From Octopus sinensis (taxonomy: Eukaryota): DNA of 64,000 bases. Position 1 is the stretch's first letter. Each line of letters opens with the position of its first letter. The translations under genes and the position numbers were made by a program. The stretch covers positions 14,384,001 to 14,448,000 of the forward strand of contig NC_042999.1 of assembly GCF_006345805.1 (NCBI RefSeq). Reading direction: 5' to 3'. Of this stretch, positions 39,680 to 52,210 are shown piece by piece. A model generated the notes under the pieces. That model was not told the origin of the DNA, did no database searches, and was given only the letters and a program-made list of their open reading frames with translations.

Positions 39680-39879
39680 AAAAAATATATGTATTTCATT
39701 AACATAAGGTGATTATACAATTTGTATTAGGCAAGCAATAATCAACACTTACTGTCAAATCATCAGAAACAAAGTGTGCATTAGTGCTCCCTTGCAATAT
39801 ATATACATGTGTGTGTATTTTTTATTTTTCTTTAGTTATCTTAAAACAACAAAACTGTTAGAACCACAGTCAACCAGGT

Positions 39880-40082
39880 GTCCTCCCTGTGCCCGGGGGT
39901 CAGTTTGCCAAGATTCTCCACTTTCTGCAGTGTTGTGCTGCATGCACACAATCTGGCAATCTCTTGCTTCCAGTCAATTATTTGATGTCATCAGTCCACA
40001 AATATCTTTGACAGCCTCCTGCATTCTTCCTTCCACACTTCCTATCAGGATGGCCTCGGGCAATGATTCATGCTGCATTAGC
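39880..40082 (-). mobile_element. RTE LINE 3' remnant
   Basis: rc translation QHESLPEAILIGSVEGR/RGCQRYLWTDDIK*LTG resembles the RTE C-terminal G.VEG.R.RGR..W.D.IK.WTG motif. Confidence 0.7.
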
Positions 40083-40544
40083 TAGTGGTAGCTAGGAAAA
40101 TATATATATTAACTTACTAAATGTTGTCATTGCAGTAATTTCACTTAATTGAAACCAAATCCGTAACATATTGCAGTAAACATCATTAAATAAAACTTAA
40201 CAAAATCATTCAAAGGTGAGAGTGACACTGAAAATCAAAATGAAAGTTTTTACTTCCTCAAAAATGTTAAGAATGCAAACTGGTGTGTCCACTTTACTAT
40301 AACCTTTTGTACTGATTTAAAATTTTGGTACAAGGCCAGCAGTGCTCAATAGGTACTTATTTTATTAAACCCCAAAAGGATGAAAGGCACAGATGACCTC
40401 GGTGGAATTTGAAATCAGGGCATGTCATTGTCTTACTTTAACCTTTAATATTAGGGAGTTTATTAATTGACAACTTTTTGATGGATGGTTTTGATTATAG
40501 ATTATTTAATTGGCTAATTAAGAGTAGACTACTATATTTTGTTT

Positions 40545-40933
40545 TACTCTTTTACATGTTTCATTCATGTGACTGTGGCCATGCTGGAGCACCACCTTTA
40601 GTTGAGCAGATAGACTCCAGGATTTATTTTTTTGTAAGCCCAGTGCTTAGACTATCAGTCTCTTTTGCCGAACTGCTAGGTTACAGGGATTTAAACACAC
40701 CAGCATTGGTTGTTAAGCGATGTTGGGGGGACAAAACACAGACACACAGACATATGCACACACATACATAAATATATATACATATATACGATGGGCTTCT
40801 TTCAGTTTCCCTCTACCAAATCCACTCACAAGGCTTTGGTTGGCCCAAGGCTATAGTAGAAAAACACTTGGGACTGAACCTGGAACAATGTGGTTCGTAA
40901 ACAAGCTACTTACCACACAGCTACTCCTACGCC
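40545..40933 (-). mobile_element. SINE family A, full length
   Basis: Reverse complement of the family A consensus. Confidence 0.85.
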
Positions 40934-42201
40934 TATTTTTTGTGAACTAAAATTATTTTCATGCAGCTCTAATCATATTCATAATAGTTTCAAATTTTGG
41001 TATGAAGCCTTCAGTATTAAAGGTAGGGTTTAGACAGTTATGTTATCTTATTGACCTTGAAAGAATGAAAGCTAAGTCGACCTCAGCAGAATTTGAATTT
41101 TCAATGTAAACTACTTGAAGAAATGCCACTAAACATCTTGTCTGATGCTCTAACGATTTTGTCAGTTCATCACCTTCAAATTACACTTATAATAAGACGA
41201 AAAGTTTAAACTCTTTAACGCAAACAACAATTTTTATCCTAGAAGGTCAAGGGAAATAACTCTGAAATTTAAATTGGTCAACAAATTATTCCTTGTACTG
41301 AAATTGTATTGATATCCATTATGATCTATTCGTTGACCTAGCTGATGAAAATAAACGAGAACAGAATCTTTAGTTGTCTTTAGGGGTCTACTATCACCTG
41401 ACTTTTTCCCCCCACTAACCATCTCATCACTTATATTTCTAATCTATTTTAGTTGCATTGCTTAGAATTGTACCTTCCAGTTAGCTTTCAAAATTTGTGG
41501 AAATACGATGTACCTGCTTCTCTCTCATTGAAAAACTTGTTCCTCTCACGTATCATATTCTATTATTATAAGCAATGTTGCATAACTGAAAACCAGATCT
41601 GTTTGTGCTACAATTCCTGGTAGTAACACATGTTAATTCCCCACATGAAGACTTTCATTAACTCTAGTTAAGCTGCTATGGTACTCAAGAGGTTTTTCAC
41701 CTCTAATACCAGAAATATGGAAAATTCGTTGCCAGTAAGGTATGTTGCCAAATGTCTTTAGCGACCGACTCTCTTACGTTTCATAAGTAAATCACAAATT
41801 TAGCATTTCGTTACGACCTACATATATATATATATATATATATAAATATATTTATATATATATCCCTTTAAATTTAACCCTGTTTCCAGGTCTGACCTCA
41901 TTACGAAGCCAGCTCTGCATCCGACTACAATATATAAGCCTGTTTATAGTGTATTTTATTTTATTTTACTTCACAGTCTGTTAGACATGGTTACAATCGA
42001 TAAACATCAGCATAAACAACAAATGTTGTTTCAGCTAATTAGAACGAAAATTGAACTAACATCGGCTTTAGAAACAAAAGCGACAGCTTTAGTTAGACAC
42101 ACACACACACACTGATATATAATACTTACTTGCATTCTAATATCAATATGAAATTATGTACTACACCTACACAAAAACTACGTACACACACACGCCTTTG
42201 A

Positions 42202-42207
<6 letters not shown>

Positions 42208-42260
<53 letters not shown>

Positions 42261-42373
42261 TGTATGTATGTATATATATGTATGTAGTATGTATATGTAT
42301 GTATGTATATGTATATATATATGTATGTATATATATATGTATGTATATATATATGTATATATATGTATGTATG

Positions 42374-42404
<31 letters not shown>

Positions 42405-42434
42405 TGTATGTATGTATATATATATGTATGTATG

Positions 42435-42465
<31 letters not shown>

Positions 42466-42678
42466 GTATATATAATATGTATGTATATGTATGTATGTAT
42501 ATATATATATATGTATGTATATATATATGTATGTATGTATGTATATATATATGTATGTATGTATATATATGTATGTATGTATGTATGTATATATATGTAT
42601 ATATGTATTTATATATATGTAAATATATATGTATGTATGTATGTATGTATATATATATCTGTGTGTGTGTGTGTGTAA
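42208..42678. repeat. (TATG)n/(TA)n microsatellite
   Basis: Direct inspection. Confidence 0.95.
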
Positions 42679-43403
42679 TCATTCGCGGCAATGTAATTAA
42701 TATCGTCTGATATCTTGATTAAAGTGTCCTTTTATTTTAGAATTACGTACACTACACATATACGCACAGAATTGTATTCTGAAATTAGTGAAAAACGATA
42801 AAGAATATATAAATCAATTGTGGAGTATATATTAGTTGTTATTCTTATTACTCATTATACACCGGCCTCCAGACACTAACGACACTGGATTTCTATCACT
42901 AATGAACAAATGCTATATACGACTATATATATGTGTGTGTAAATATATTCGCGCATTTGTGCGTGTGTCTTTCGTTCGTAAATACATACATACACACATG
43001 AATGTGTGAATTTACAGATGAACAATTGAAGGGCTTACACAAATACTCACACACGCGGACGCATTTTATTTTTGATCTTTCGTTTACGAAGACGATCAAA
43101 GCTATGCTTGTTAGACGCCAATGGTTCTTATTAAAGAGTGCCAGCATGGGAAGAACGAACACAACTGCGCGGGTCCTGGAAAATCAAGGCTGTTTCGTGT
43201 TACCTAATGGTTGTTGTGTTCTATTGTTGCAGACTTGCCAGAAATCCGACTGCTGCAATGAAAGGTCCGCAGTCTGTAGTTCCAAGTGGGCTTGGGTTCA
43301 ATTTGCACTAGACTTCGATTGTAGTCAGATAGTGAGGCGCCGACGACCAGACTTGTTCTATAAGTTCCTGATTCTCCTGAACCAAGAGAGCTGGAAATAT
43401 ACC

Positions 43404-44006
43404 TATTTCTTTATTACCCACAAGGGGCTAAGCACAGAAGGGACAAACAAGGACAGACAAACGGATTAAGTCGATTATATCGATCCCAGTGCGTAACTGG
43501 AACTTATTTAATCGACGCCGAAAGGATGAAAGGCAAAGTCGACCTCGGCGGAATTTGAATTCAGAACGTAACGGCAGACGAAATACCTATTTCTTTACTA
43601 CCCACAGGGGGCTAAACACAGAGGAGACAAACAAGGACAGACAAAGGGATTAAGTCGATTACATCGACCCCAGTGCGTAACTGGTACTTAATTTATCGAC
43701 CCCGAAAGGATGAAAGGCAAAGTCGACCTCGGCGGAATTTGAATTCAGAACGTAACGGCAGACGAAATACCTATTTCTTTACTACCCACAGGGGGCTAAA
43801 CACAGAGGAGACAAACAAGGACAGACAAAGGGATTAAGTCGATTACATCGACCCCAGTGCGTAACTGGTACTTAATTTATCGACCCCGAAAGGATGAAAG
43901 GCAAAGTCGACCTCGGCGGAATTTGAACTCAGAACGTAGTGGCAGCCGAAATACCGCTAAGTATTTCGCCTGGAGTGCTAACGTCTCTGCCAGCTCACCG
44001 CCTTAC
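43404..44006 (-). mobile_element. SINE family B trimer (one head, three bodies/tails) with 15-bp TSD
   Basis: TSD agctggaaatatacc at 43389-43403 and 44007-44021; junctions at 43586/43587 and 43770/43771 (184-bp period). Confidence 0.92.
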
Positions 44007-44367
44007 AGCTGGAAATATACCAGTGATACTGCGCAATGACCTGTGCGATTTGGGCGTTACACCATCCCCAGCTCCCTCCTTATAACTTGGACTATCGGTG
44101 AATGGGTTAGTTTCACGCAATCAACTGATAATCGAGTCTTCTCATAGGTAAAATGACAAACTCAAAGAATTTCGCTGAATTTAAAATCAGTTGACCTAGC
44201 TTATCCCAGCCAATCAATGCAGTTGACCAGCAGATGGAACACTCTTGCATGCAGACAAATAAGAGCTGGATAGAAGTCAATAATATACACACTACTCTAA
44301 AAGGCATTGACCTTTTCAGACATCTCTGTCTCTTCGTCTGTACGTTTGTCTGTCTGCCTCATGTTTT

Positions 44368-44399
<32 letters not shown>

Positions 44400-44498
44400 T
44401 GATAGTAATGGTATGACAACAAAAGAATGAATGAGACCTCGATAATATGTAGATAGAGGAACTTATCTATAATATATGTGGCAATTACTCGGTTGCCA

Positions 44499-44561
44499 TA
44501 ATAAAACTCCGAGTTTCGGATGTCGGGGCGGAAATCTGCACCACCATTTCGTCAGTTATTA
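44499..44561 (-). ncRNA. Type I hammerhead ribozyme-like motif on the opposite strand (stem II damaged)
   Basis: rc taataa-CTGACGA-aatggtggtgcagatttccgccccgacatcc-GAAACTCGGAGTT-ttatta. Confidence 0.5.
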
Positions 44562-44574
44562 AGACAATCTGTCT

Positions 44575-44637
44575 TAATAACTGACGACATACCGGTGCAG
44601 TTTTCCACCCCGACATCCGAAACTCGGAGTTTTATTA
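44575..44637 (+). ncRNA. Type I hammerhead ribozyme-like motif (stem II damaged)
   Basis: taataa-CTGACGA-[stem II]-GAA-ACTC-G-GAGT-T-ttatta: 6-bp stem I, complete core, palindromic stem III, GUU site. Confidence 0.55.
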
Positions 44638-44729
44638 TGGCAACCGAATAATTGTCACATATCATATTACATATATATATATATATATATATAATATATA
44701 TAGCAAAAACAAAACACAAGAGGAAAGGA

Positions 44730-44765
44730 GTCTTTAGCGTTTCGGATGCTAGTCCATCATCAAAC
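44730..44765 (-). mobile_element. PLE-like fragment with degenerate hammerhead-like core
   Basis: rc gt-TTGATGA-T-GGA ctagca TCC-GAAAC-GCT-aaagac. Confidence 0.4.
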
Positions 44766-46016
44766 AAACGAAAAAGAAGAAAGGTAATGGGAATATGATA
44801 AAAATGTTTAAAGAAGGGTTGGAATTCGATTCTGTGGGGAGGAGTTAAGAAATGAAGAACGGGTTAGATATTGTTTGCATGAATAGGAGGGTGTCTGTGT
44901 AAAGAGATGGGAATAGAATGGTAGTAGATGTGTGAGCGGTGTGGGGTGCAGGTGGATTGTTAGGTTGATTGGAGTTATGCAAAAAATGGGACAGAGTATA
45001 AGAAGAATAGGTGTGAATGTGATATAGGTGAGAAGGAAGAGTGAGGAAAAATTGGGGAGGAGGGGGAAACAGTAAAGAAAACAGAATAATTGGTGAGGAA
45101 AAAAAAATGTATGATTTGATTTAAAAATGAAAGCAAAACAAACGGTAACCGGAGACAGCTGACTTTTACGAAATAATATATATATTTTTCGTTTTTTTTT
45201 AATCAAAAATCTACTATTTTTTCATAGGTCATTTCTCACCAAACAAAACTATGATCACAAACGTTCCAGCCATAAACATCTCACCATTTTAAAGACATAT
45301 ATCTCAGATTACATTACACTATATATCATTCTTCTTTTCAAACCAATGCGCTATGATTTCATTATTAATTCTAACAGATCGAGTGACCAGGAGAAGGTCA
45401 CTTCGTCAGCTTGACAAAATATGGCCTTAGCTTAGTCGTATCAGCTACGCGTCCACTTTCATGCGATTGTTGTTGCTTTCTTGCCTTTTGTGATTTACTG
45501 TGCATCTTAAATACGATTTGTATATAAGATATTTTTTCGCTTTATCTTTTTTTTTATTGTGTTTCGACGTGACCTGCATCGACTACTGTTCAAATATTGA
45601 TCAGAAGTTGGAATAATACTTCATGTGCCTCGTACTAGTCTACATATCTAACGCACCCACGCACCTCCCACCACAATCACAATATATGTATGCATGTGCT
45701 TGTGTGTGTGTATATATATATATATATATAATATATATATATGTAGAGGGAGAGGAATTTATACGTATGTGTATATATTTGTATATATGTATATTTGCGT
45801 GTATGTATGTATGTATATATATATGTAGAGGGAAAGGAATTTATACGTATGTGTATATATCTGTGTATATGTATATATGTATATTTGCGTGTATGTATAT
45901 ATGTCGTATAATGTGTGTATATATATAGGTATATGTATTTATGTATCCATTTACCCTTCTCCCATTTTCCTTATACATATGTAGTATAAATATGTGTGAA
46001 TGTATGTGTGTATATA

Positions 46017-46066
<50 letters not shown>

Positions 46067-47378
46067 GATGAGAGAGAGAGATCTGGTGGTGAACTCAAAA
46101 CAGAATACAAACACAGACGTCGTTTTATTTCTAAAACAAGAAACATTGACTATTCAAGTGTAAAATATGTTATTGTAAAACACATGTTTAACAAGAATAC
46201 TATCATTTGATCCAACGTAGCACTGACTCAACTAGGAAGTTTGGTGAGGAGCTTATTGCCGTAACACAATAAGGACAACCATATGTCTTCATGCATGTAT
46301 GTGGGCGTAGTGGGCTGTTTAGCCGTCCTGTGTGGTAACCAAAACGGTCGTCCCTTCCTTAAACATAGCATACCTATGACTACAGCAAACACCACGTTAC
46401 GTCATTGATAAGTACGTGTAAAATTATCTATTCTTTAATTACACAATTAGCAGCATTCCTTCCTCTGTTATATCTTTAGTGTGGTGCAACATGATCACCT
46501 TTTCTGAACACACCTGAGTCGTTGTGGTATTGTGACATTTGTATAACAAATGCCTTTGTATTTTCCTCTGTGGACTGATAAAATAAATCTACCTGACTTG
46601 TTCAAACCTCATTTAGTTCTCTGATCACAGAATGCCAGTTGATCCCTCTATGGAGAGAGAGATATAGCAAATAAGTGTACGTATGTGCTGTGCGTACGTA
46701 TTTAATGCTAGGTGTTTGCTCAACCGATTATTTCATTTTGCATACAAAGTGTTTCTTTGTCGATTCCCCCCCCCCCCGCATTGGCTCGTTTAAAGACCAG
46801 CTCTTAGCTACTGCAACATTCTGGGAAACGGTTAAGAGATTCTAACTTGTCATGATGTCACTTTATTACGATTGACCTCCCTGTCATGATCTGATTTCAT
46901 CTATTTCGCAACAGCTGAACTGAGACTATGTAAAATTGCGATTCCGCCAGAGACGTAATGAAACTTTTATTGCGGAGTATCCACCCACACGGTCGATACC
47001 CTATTGACTTTAACAATTTATCCGTAATCAATTCAAATCAATATAAAAATCACCTATATTATTTTCCATTTTACGTCAGCTTTAGATATAGTTATTGGAA
47101 CGTTTTATCAGCAAATTAAGGTATTTGAACTAAGAGATTCATTTTACCGTGAAGAGAGAGATGAATCTTCACCTTTCAAGTGGGGCTCACTCTCATAAAA
47201 AAAAAAGAAAGAAAAAATCTCAACTCGCTTCTTCACGCGACACATGGATTCAGCTTATTTTGAGTACTCCACAAAACGCAATTCTTAAGGGTACACATTA
47301 ATTTCACGAGCAGGCTGTTCCGTCGATCGGATCAACTGAAACCCTCATCATCAAAAACGACGGAGACTAGTTTATACC

Positions 47379-47612
47379 TATTTCTTTACTACCCACAAGG
47401 GGCTAAACACAGAGAGGACAAACAAGGACAGACAAACGGATTGAGTCGATTATATCGACCCCAGTGCGTAAGTGGTACTTATTTAATCGACCCCGAAAGG
47501 ATGAAAGGCAAAGTCGACCTCGGCGGAATTTGAACTCAGAACGTAACGGCAGACGAAATACCGCTTGGCATCTCGCCCGGCGTGCTAACGATTCTGCCAG
47601 CTCGCCATCTTA
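47379..47612 (-). mobile_element. SINE family B monomer, young, 19-bp TSD
   Basis: TSD acggagactag[t/c]ttatacc at 47360-47378 and 47613-47631. Confidence 0.92.
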
Positions 47613-48775
47613 ACGGAGACTAGCTTATACCACTAACAGGCTCCAACAGTTTATGTCCGTAGCTCAGAAGACCGTAAGGCGAGCAGCTCAGCGAGCCAAC
47701 TTGCTTTGAGCGGGAGTCAAAGAAGTCAGAAGAGTCGACAGTAAGCAAAAACGTTGGAGGCGAATAAACATTTATGGAATAAATAGATAGTTCTTTAGAG
47801 AGTTCTTTCATTTACCTCCGAAGTGTGTAGACTTTTTTTGGTAAGCGCTACAATTCTTTTAAACATTTTTTTTCTTTCGACTGGACTCTGTTGTTACTCT
47901 TGAATTTACGTTAGTCTAGTAACCATTCTATATTCTTTAAGTTACCAAGTTCACACTATTTTCGCAGCCAATTCAAAAGTTTCCACCATACAAAGATGCC
48001 ACTGTTCGCATTAACCGATTGACATTCACTGTTGCATTGAACCGACTTATAACCGTCTTCCTCGCAGCAAAGATGAACTGTTCACATTAACCGTCGAAAC
48101 CAACATTTTGTTGTTGTTGTTATGTATATATATATGTTTGTATGTATATATATATAACATTACCAGGAGCGTATTTCAAACTGAAGACTTTTGTGACTGT
48201 TTGGCGAGAGTGAGAGAGAATGGGGCCGAAATAACTTCAGTTTGAAGATCTAACTCGAATACTTGCAATAGAGTGGACTTTGTTAAATAAACTCAAAGGC
48301 CAAATACTCGTCGTGTTAAACAGGTATGGTTCTGCATCCGCGTAAACCACGGCAGGCTTTGAACTCAGAAAACAAAGATCTGGAACAAACAACACTACAA
48401 GCATTCACGTCCGACGCTCTAGCATTTCTGCCAGTCAGCCAACCACTCACGACTGTTGCTGCTTTATTAGCTGGCCCTAGAACGATGAAGGCAAAGTTAA
48501 CCTCGGTGGAACTTGAACTCCGAGCGTCAGGATTCAAATGGATATGTGAAGCATTGTGTCCGATACTCCAACGACCCTGTCAGTTAACTGCCTGCATTTC
48601 ATGTCTCACGGACACGTTGAATAAAAGGTCATTCACTTCATTGGCAGCGATTCACTTATCCGTACGTTACAATCATTAAATAGCTTAGAGACGTGCTCTT
48701 TTCTTCTCTCGTTAATATTGCTGCTTCTAAAACATCAGCAGTTCCTCGAAACAAAACAAATACATACATAGATAG

Positions 48776-49520
48776 CTATTTCTTTACTACCCACAGGGGG
48801 CTAAACACAGAGGGGACAAACAAGGACAGACAAAGGGATTAAGTCGATTATATCAACTCCAGTGCGTAACTGGTACTTGATTTATCGACCCCGAAAGGGT
48901 GAAAGGCAAATTCGACCTCGGCGGAATTTGAACTCGAAACGTAACGGCAGACGAAATACGAGTACGCATTTCGCCCGGCGTGCTAACCATTCTGCCAGCT
49001 CGCCACCTTACCATTCTGTCAGTTCACCGACTTAGACGATAAATTAAGTACCAGTTACGCACTGGGGTCGATATAATCGACTTAATCCGTTTGTCTGTCC
49101 TTGTTTGTTCCCTCTGTGTTTAGCCCCTTGTGGGTAGTAAAAAAATAAGTATTTCGTCTGTCTTTACGTTCTGAGTTCAAATTCCGCTAAGATCGGCTTT
49201 GCCTTTCATCTTTTCGGGGTCGGTAAATTAAGTACCAGTTACGTGCTGGGGTCTACATAATCGACTTAATCCGTTTGTCTGTCCTTGTTTGTCCCCTCTG
49301 TGTTTAACCCCTTGTGGGCAATAAAGAAATAAGAATGCTTAGCGCATCAGAACAAATGCTTATCGGACTTTTTTCTGGTTCTACATTTTGAGTTCAATTT
49401 CCGCCGAGGTCGACTTTGTTTTTCATCCTTTCGGGGTCGATAAAATAAGTACCAGTTAAATACTAGGGTCGATGTAATTGACTACCCCTTCCCCACAAAA
49501 TTTCAGACCGTATGCCCATA
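48776..49520. mobile_element. Inverted SINE-B cluster: minus monomer (48776-49010) and plus multimer (49030-49520)
   Basis: Family B motifs in opposite orientations; junction aaataa|gtatttcg at ~49148. Confidence 0.85.
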
Positions 49521-50329
49521 GTAGGAAGTATAAATCCTCTCGTCTCTCTACCACACAGTTAGCCTTTTACGATTTGATGAGCTTAAAAATCGAGCTTTTT
49601 TTCTTTTACAATTCTAGAATATAGGGGAAAAAAATTCCCAATAAGAAGTCTTTCCCATCACAATCACCAACCTAACAGGGACTGAAGTAAAGTGATATAT
49701 CTTATAAGAGTACTTTAGGCTTCTTCGAACCATTAATCACAGCTTTCAGGGAGTTTTTTTCACATGTTTTTTTTTTTTAATGTCTTTTCTCTCTACCCCA
49801 TTTCAATATCGATATATTCTCCGATCATCATTTTTCAGGTACCATATTCCTACGTAAATGTAGAAATCAAAATCTTTATTGCTAATGTAGAATTTTAACG
49901 TTCTGAAAAGTACCATTGGATAAAATAATTGTCAAATTTGGGTATATTTAAACCTTTTCCAGTATTTAAACTTCTTTCGGTTACTGTAACCATCATTTAA
50001 CCATTATCGTACATGGATGTTTGCTTAATGGATGGACTGATTGATTTCTTAGTTATTACATTATAGCCCGTGTTCTTTATAGCATATTGCTTCACCATAC
50101 ATACACACGTACATATATACACGCATACTCACTCGCAAGCACATTCATACACGCACGTATACGCACACGCGCTTTTTATTAACAATCGGCAGAAGTTACA
50201 GGGTGATTCAAGGACCGAGAGTTTCGTGTGTTGGTACTTACAAAGCTTCAATAAGTGCCAACGCACGAAACTCTCCGCCCTCGAGTCACTCTTTAGTTTT
50301 TGCTGATTATTAATTAAAAAATATATATG

Positions 50330-50765
50330 CAGGGTGCGGTGAATAAACTGTCGTCTAAATTACGCGAAAATGAAAATGACATCTCATTTTATCAGATATA
50401 TTTACCAAAATTACATAAAAAATATCTTGAAATACTAAAGAGTAAATTTATTCAATAAAAACACAATTGGCTTCAACCATGGTCTCCCAGACGACTTCGG
50501 AATCTTCTGCAACCCTTTTGGACGGCCTCCTTATTAGTTGGTAAATGGTGCCATAATCCTTGCCTTCAGTTCATTTTTGTGTTACAAGGAGTTTTGTTGG
50601 TCTCGCGTTCAACTGCGCCCCACACAATAATTAAGGGGGTTGCTGTCTGAGGAGTTAGGTGGTCAGATGTTAGGGGTGATGTGGCTGCAGAAATTGTCTG
50701 ACAGCCATGACTGGGTTCTCCTGCTTGTGTGACATGGTACAGAGTCCTGTGGCCGGACACATGCG
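50330..50765 (-). mobile_element. DD37D (maT-type) mariner 3' fragment with one terminus
   Basis: Terminus cagggtgcggtgaataaac at 50330. rc translation QDSVPCHTSRRTQSWLSDNFCSHITPNI*PPNSSDSNPLNY/WGAVERETNKTPCNTK..RFRSRL..VEAN..FIE* (stop at 50448); 37 residues between the second D and the third catalytic position. Confidence 0.85.
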
Positions 50766-50856
50766 CGAAATTAATATAAAAAGGCGCCAATTTACCCATT
50801 GCATTCTGTATATACTCAAGTTTTTAGTTCTATTTTTCCCATTTGCATTACCAAGC

Positions 50857-50926
<70 letters not shown>

Positions 50927-51031
50927 GTTTGTCTGCCTGTCTGTCTGTCTGTCTACCTTGAACGAATGAGAAAGACTGCTCAATACATTATGTACAGGAT
51001 ATGGGGTTTTTGTTACTGTTGTTGAAGCTGA

Positions 51032-51157
51032 GAGTTTGTGTCACAATTCAAGTTTCACACCAATCAGTTCTCCTTGAAGAGCGCAGGTTTCACACCACAG
51101 CGCTCTTCAAGGCAAACTGATTGCAATGGCGTGAAACTTGAGTTGCGACACAAACTC
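51032..51157. repeat. Isolated ~55-bp-arm hairpin with 15-nt loop
   Basis: gagtttgtgtcacaattcaagtttcacaccaatcagttctccttgaagagcgc versus the rc of 51100-51157. Confidence 0.85.
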
Positions 51158-51180
51158 ACTTTCAGTTTCAATAAAAAAGA

Positions 51181-51490
51181 ATGTATGTATGCATGTATGT
51201 ATGTATGTATGTATGTATGTATGTATGTATGTATGTATGTATGTATGTATGTATGTACGTACGTATGTATGTATGTGTGTATGTATGTATGCATGTATGC
51301 ATGTATGTATGTATGTATGTATGTATGTATGTATGTATGCATGCATGCATGCATGCATGCATGCATGCATGTATGTATGTATGTATGTATGTATGTATGT
51401 ATGTATGCATGCATGTATGTGTGTATGTATGTATGTATGTATGTATGCATGCATGCATGCATGTATGTATGTATGTATGTATGTATGTAT
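51181..51490. repeat. (TATG)n/(CATG)n tetranucleotide array
   Basis: Direct inspection. Confidence 0.95.
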
Positions 51491-52210
51491 GTCCATTTTT
51501 CAGTTTATTTCAAAATTTCTTGCCAATAGAGAAAGAACCGGTTTCTAACCTAAATTCAAGTCCCCTTCATTGAAATTTCAACATCAACAACAGGGTATTT
51601 TTGTTTGTATGTATTTATTTATGTATGTATCTGTGCAGATTTATATGTTTTATGCATGTATTCTCATGCATACAGTTGCATATCTAGACATGCTCATATA
51701 TATATATTTAAATGAGAAACTCCTGGAAAGTTTTACAGATTTTTACATAAGTATATATGCATGCATGTATGTATGTATGTATGTATGTATGTCATTATTC
51801 AGTTTATTTCAAGATTTCTTTCCATTACAGAAAGAACCGGTTTCTAACCTAAATTCAAGGCTCCTTCATTGAAATTTCAACATCATCAACAGGACTTTGC
51901 CTTTCATCCATTTGGGGTCGATAAATTAAGTACCAGTTACGCACTGGGGTCTATCTAATCGACTTAATCCCTTTGTCTATCCTTGTTTGTCCCCACTGTC
52001 TGTAGCCCCTTGTGGGCAGTAAAGAAATAAGAAATAACAGGGTATTTTTGTTAGTATGTATTTATGTATGTTTGTGCAGATTTGTATGTTTTATGTATGT
52101 CTTCTCATGCATACAGTTGCGTATCTAGACATGCTTATATATATATATATATTTAAATGAGAAACTTCTGGAAAGTTTTACAGATTTTAACATATGTTTG
52201 TATGTATGTA
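51491..52210 (+). repeat. ~300-bp tandem duplication; second copy interrupted by a 5'-truncated SINE-B (51894-52035)
   Basis: gtc..ttcagtttatttcaa..gaaagaaccggtttctaacc at 51491 and 51791; aacagg duplicated at 51888 and 52036. Confidence 0.85.

Larger units (their letters stand above)
44398..44662. mobile_element. PLE-like repeat with 93-bp-arm fold-back (44474-44566 / 44570-44662)
   Basis: Arms are reverse complements with 8 mismatches and a 3-nt loop (atc); 44398-44500 is homologous to the rc of 1-103. Confidence 0.85.

Noticed and set aside
43002-44330. 155-aa ORF and CpG-rich flanks of the SINE trimer
   Set aside because: The ORF begins in microsatellite-adjacent sequence and ends in the SINE. 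Removing the SINE and one TSD restores no long or recognisable frame on either strand.
48175-48246. 12-bp inverted repeat containing CTGAAGA..GAAA
   Set aside because: No stem II closure and no NUH before the stem I partner; not a hammerhead.
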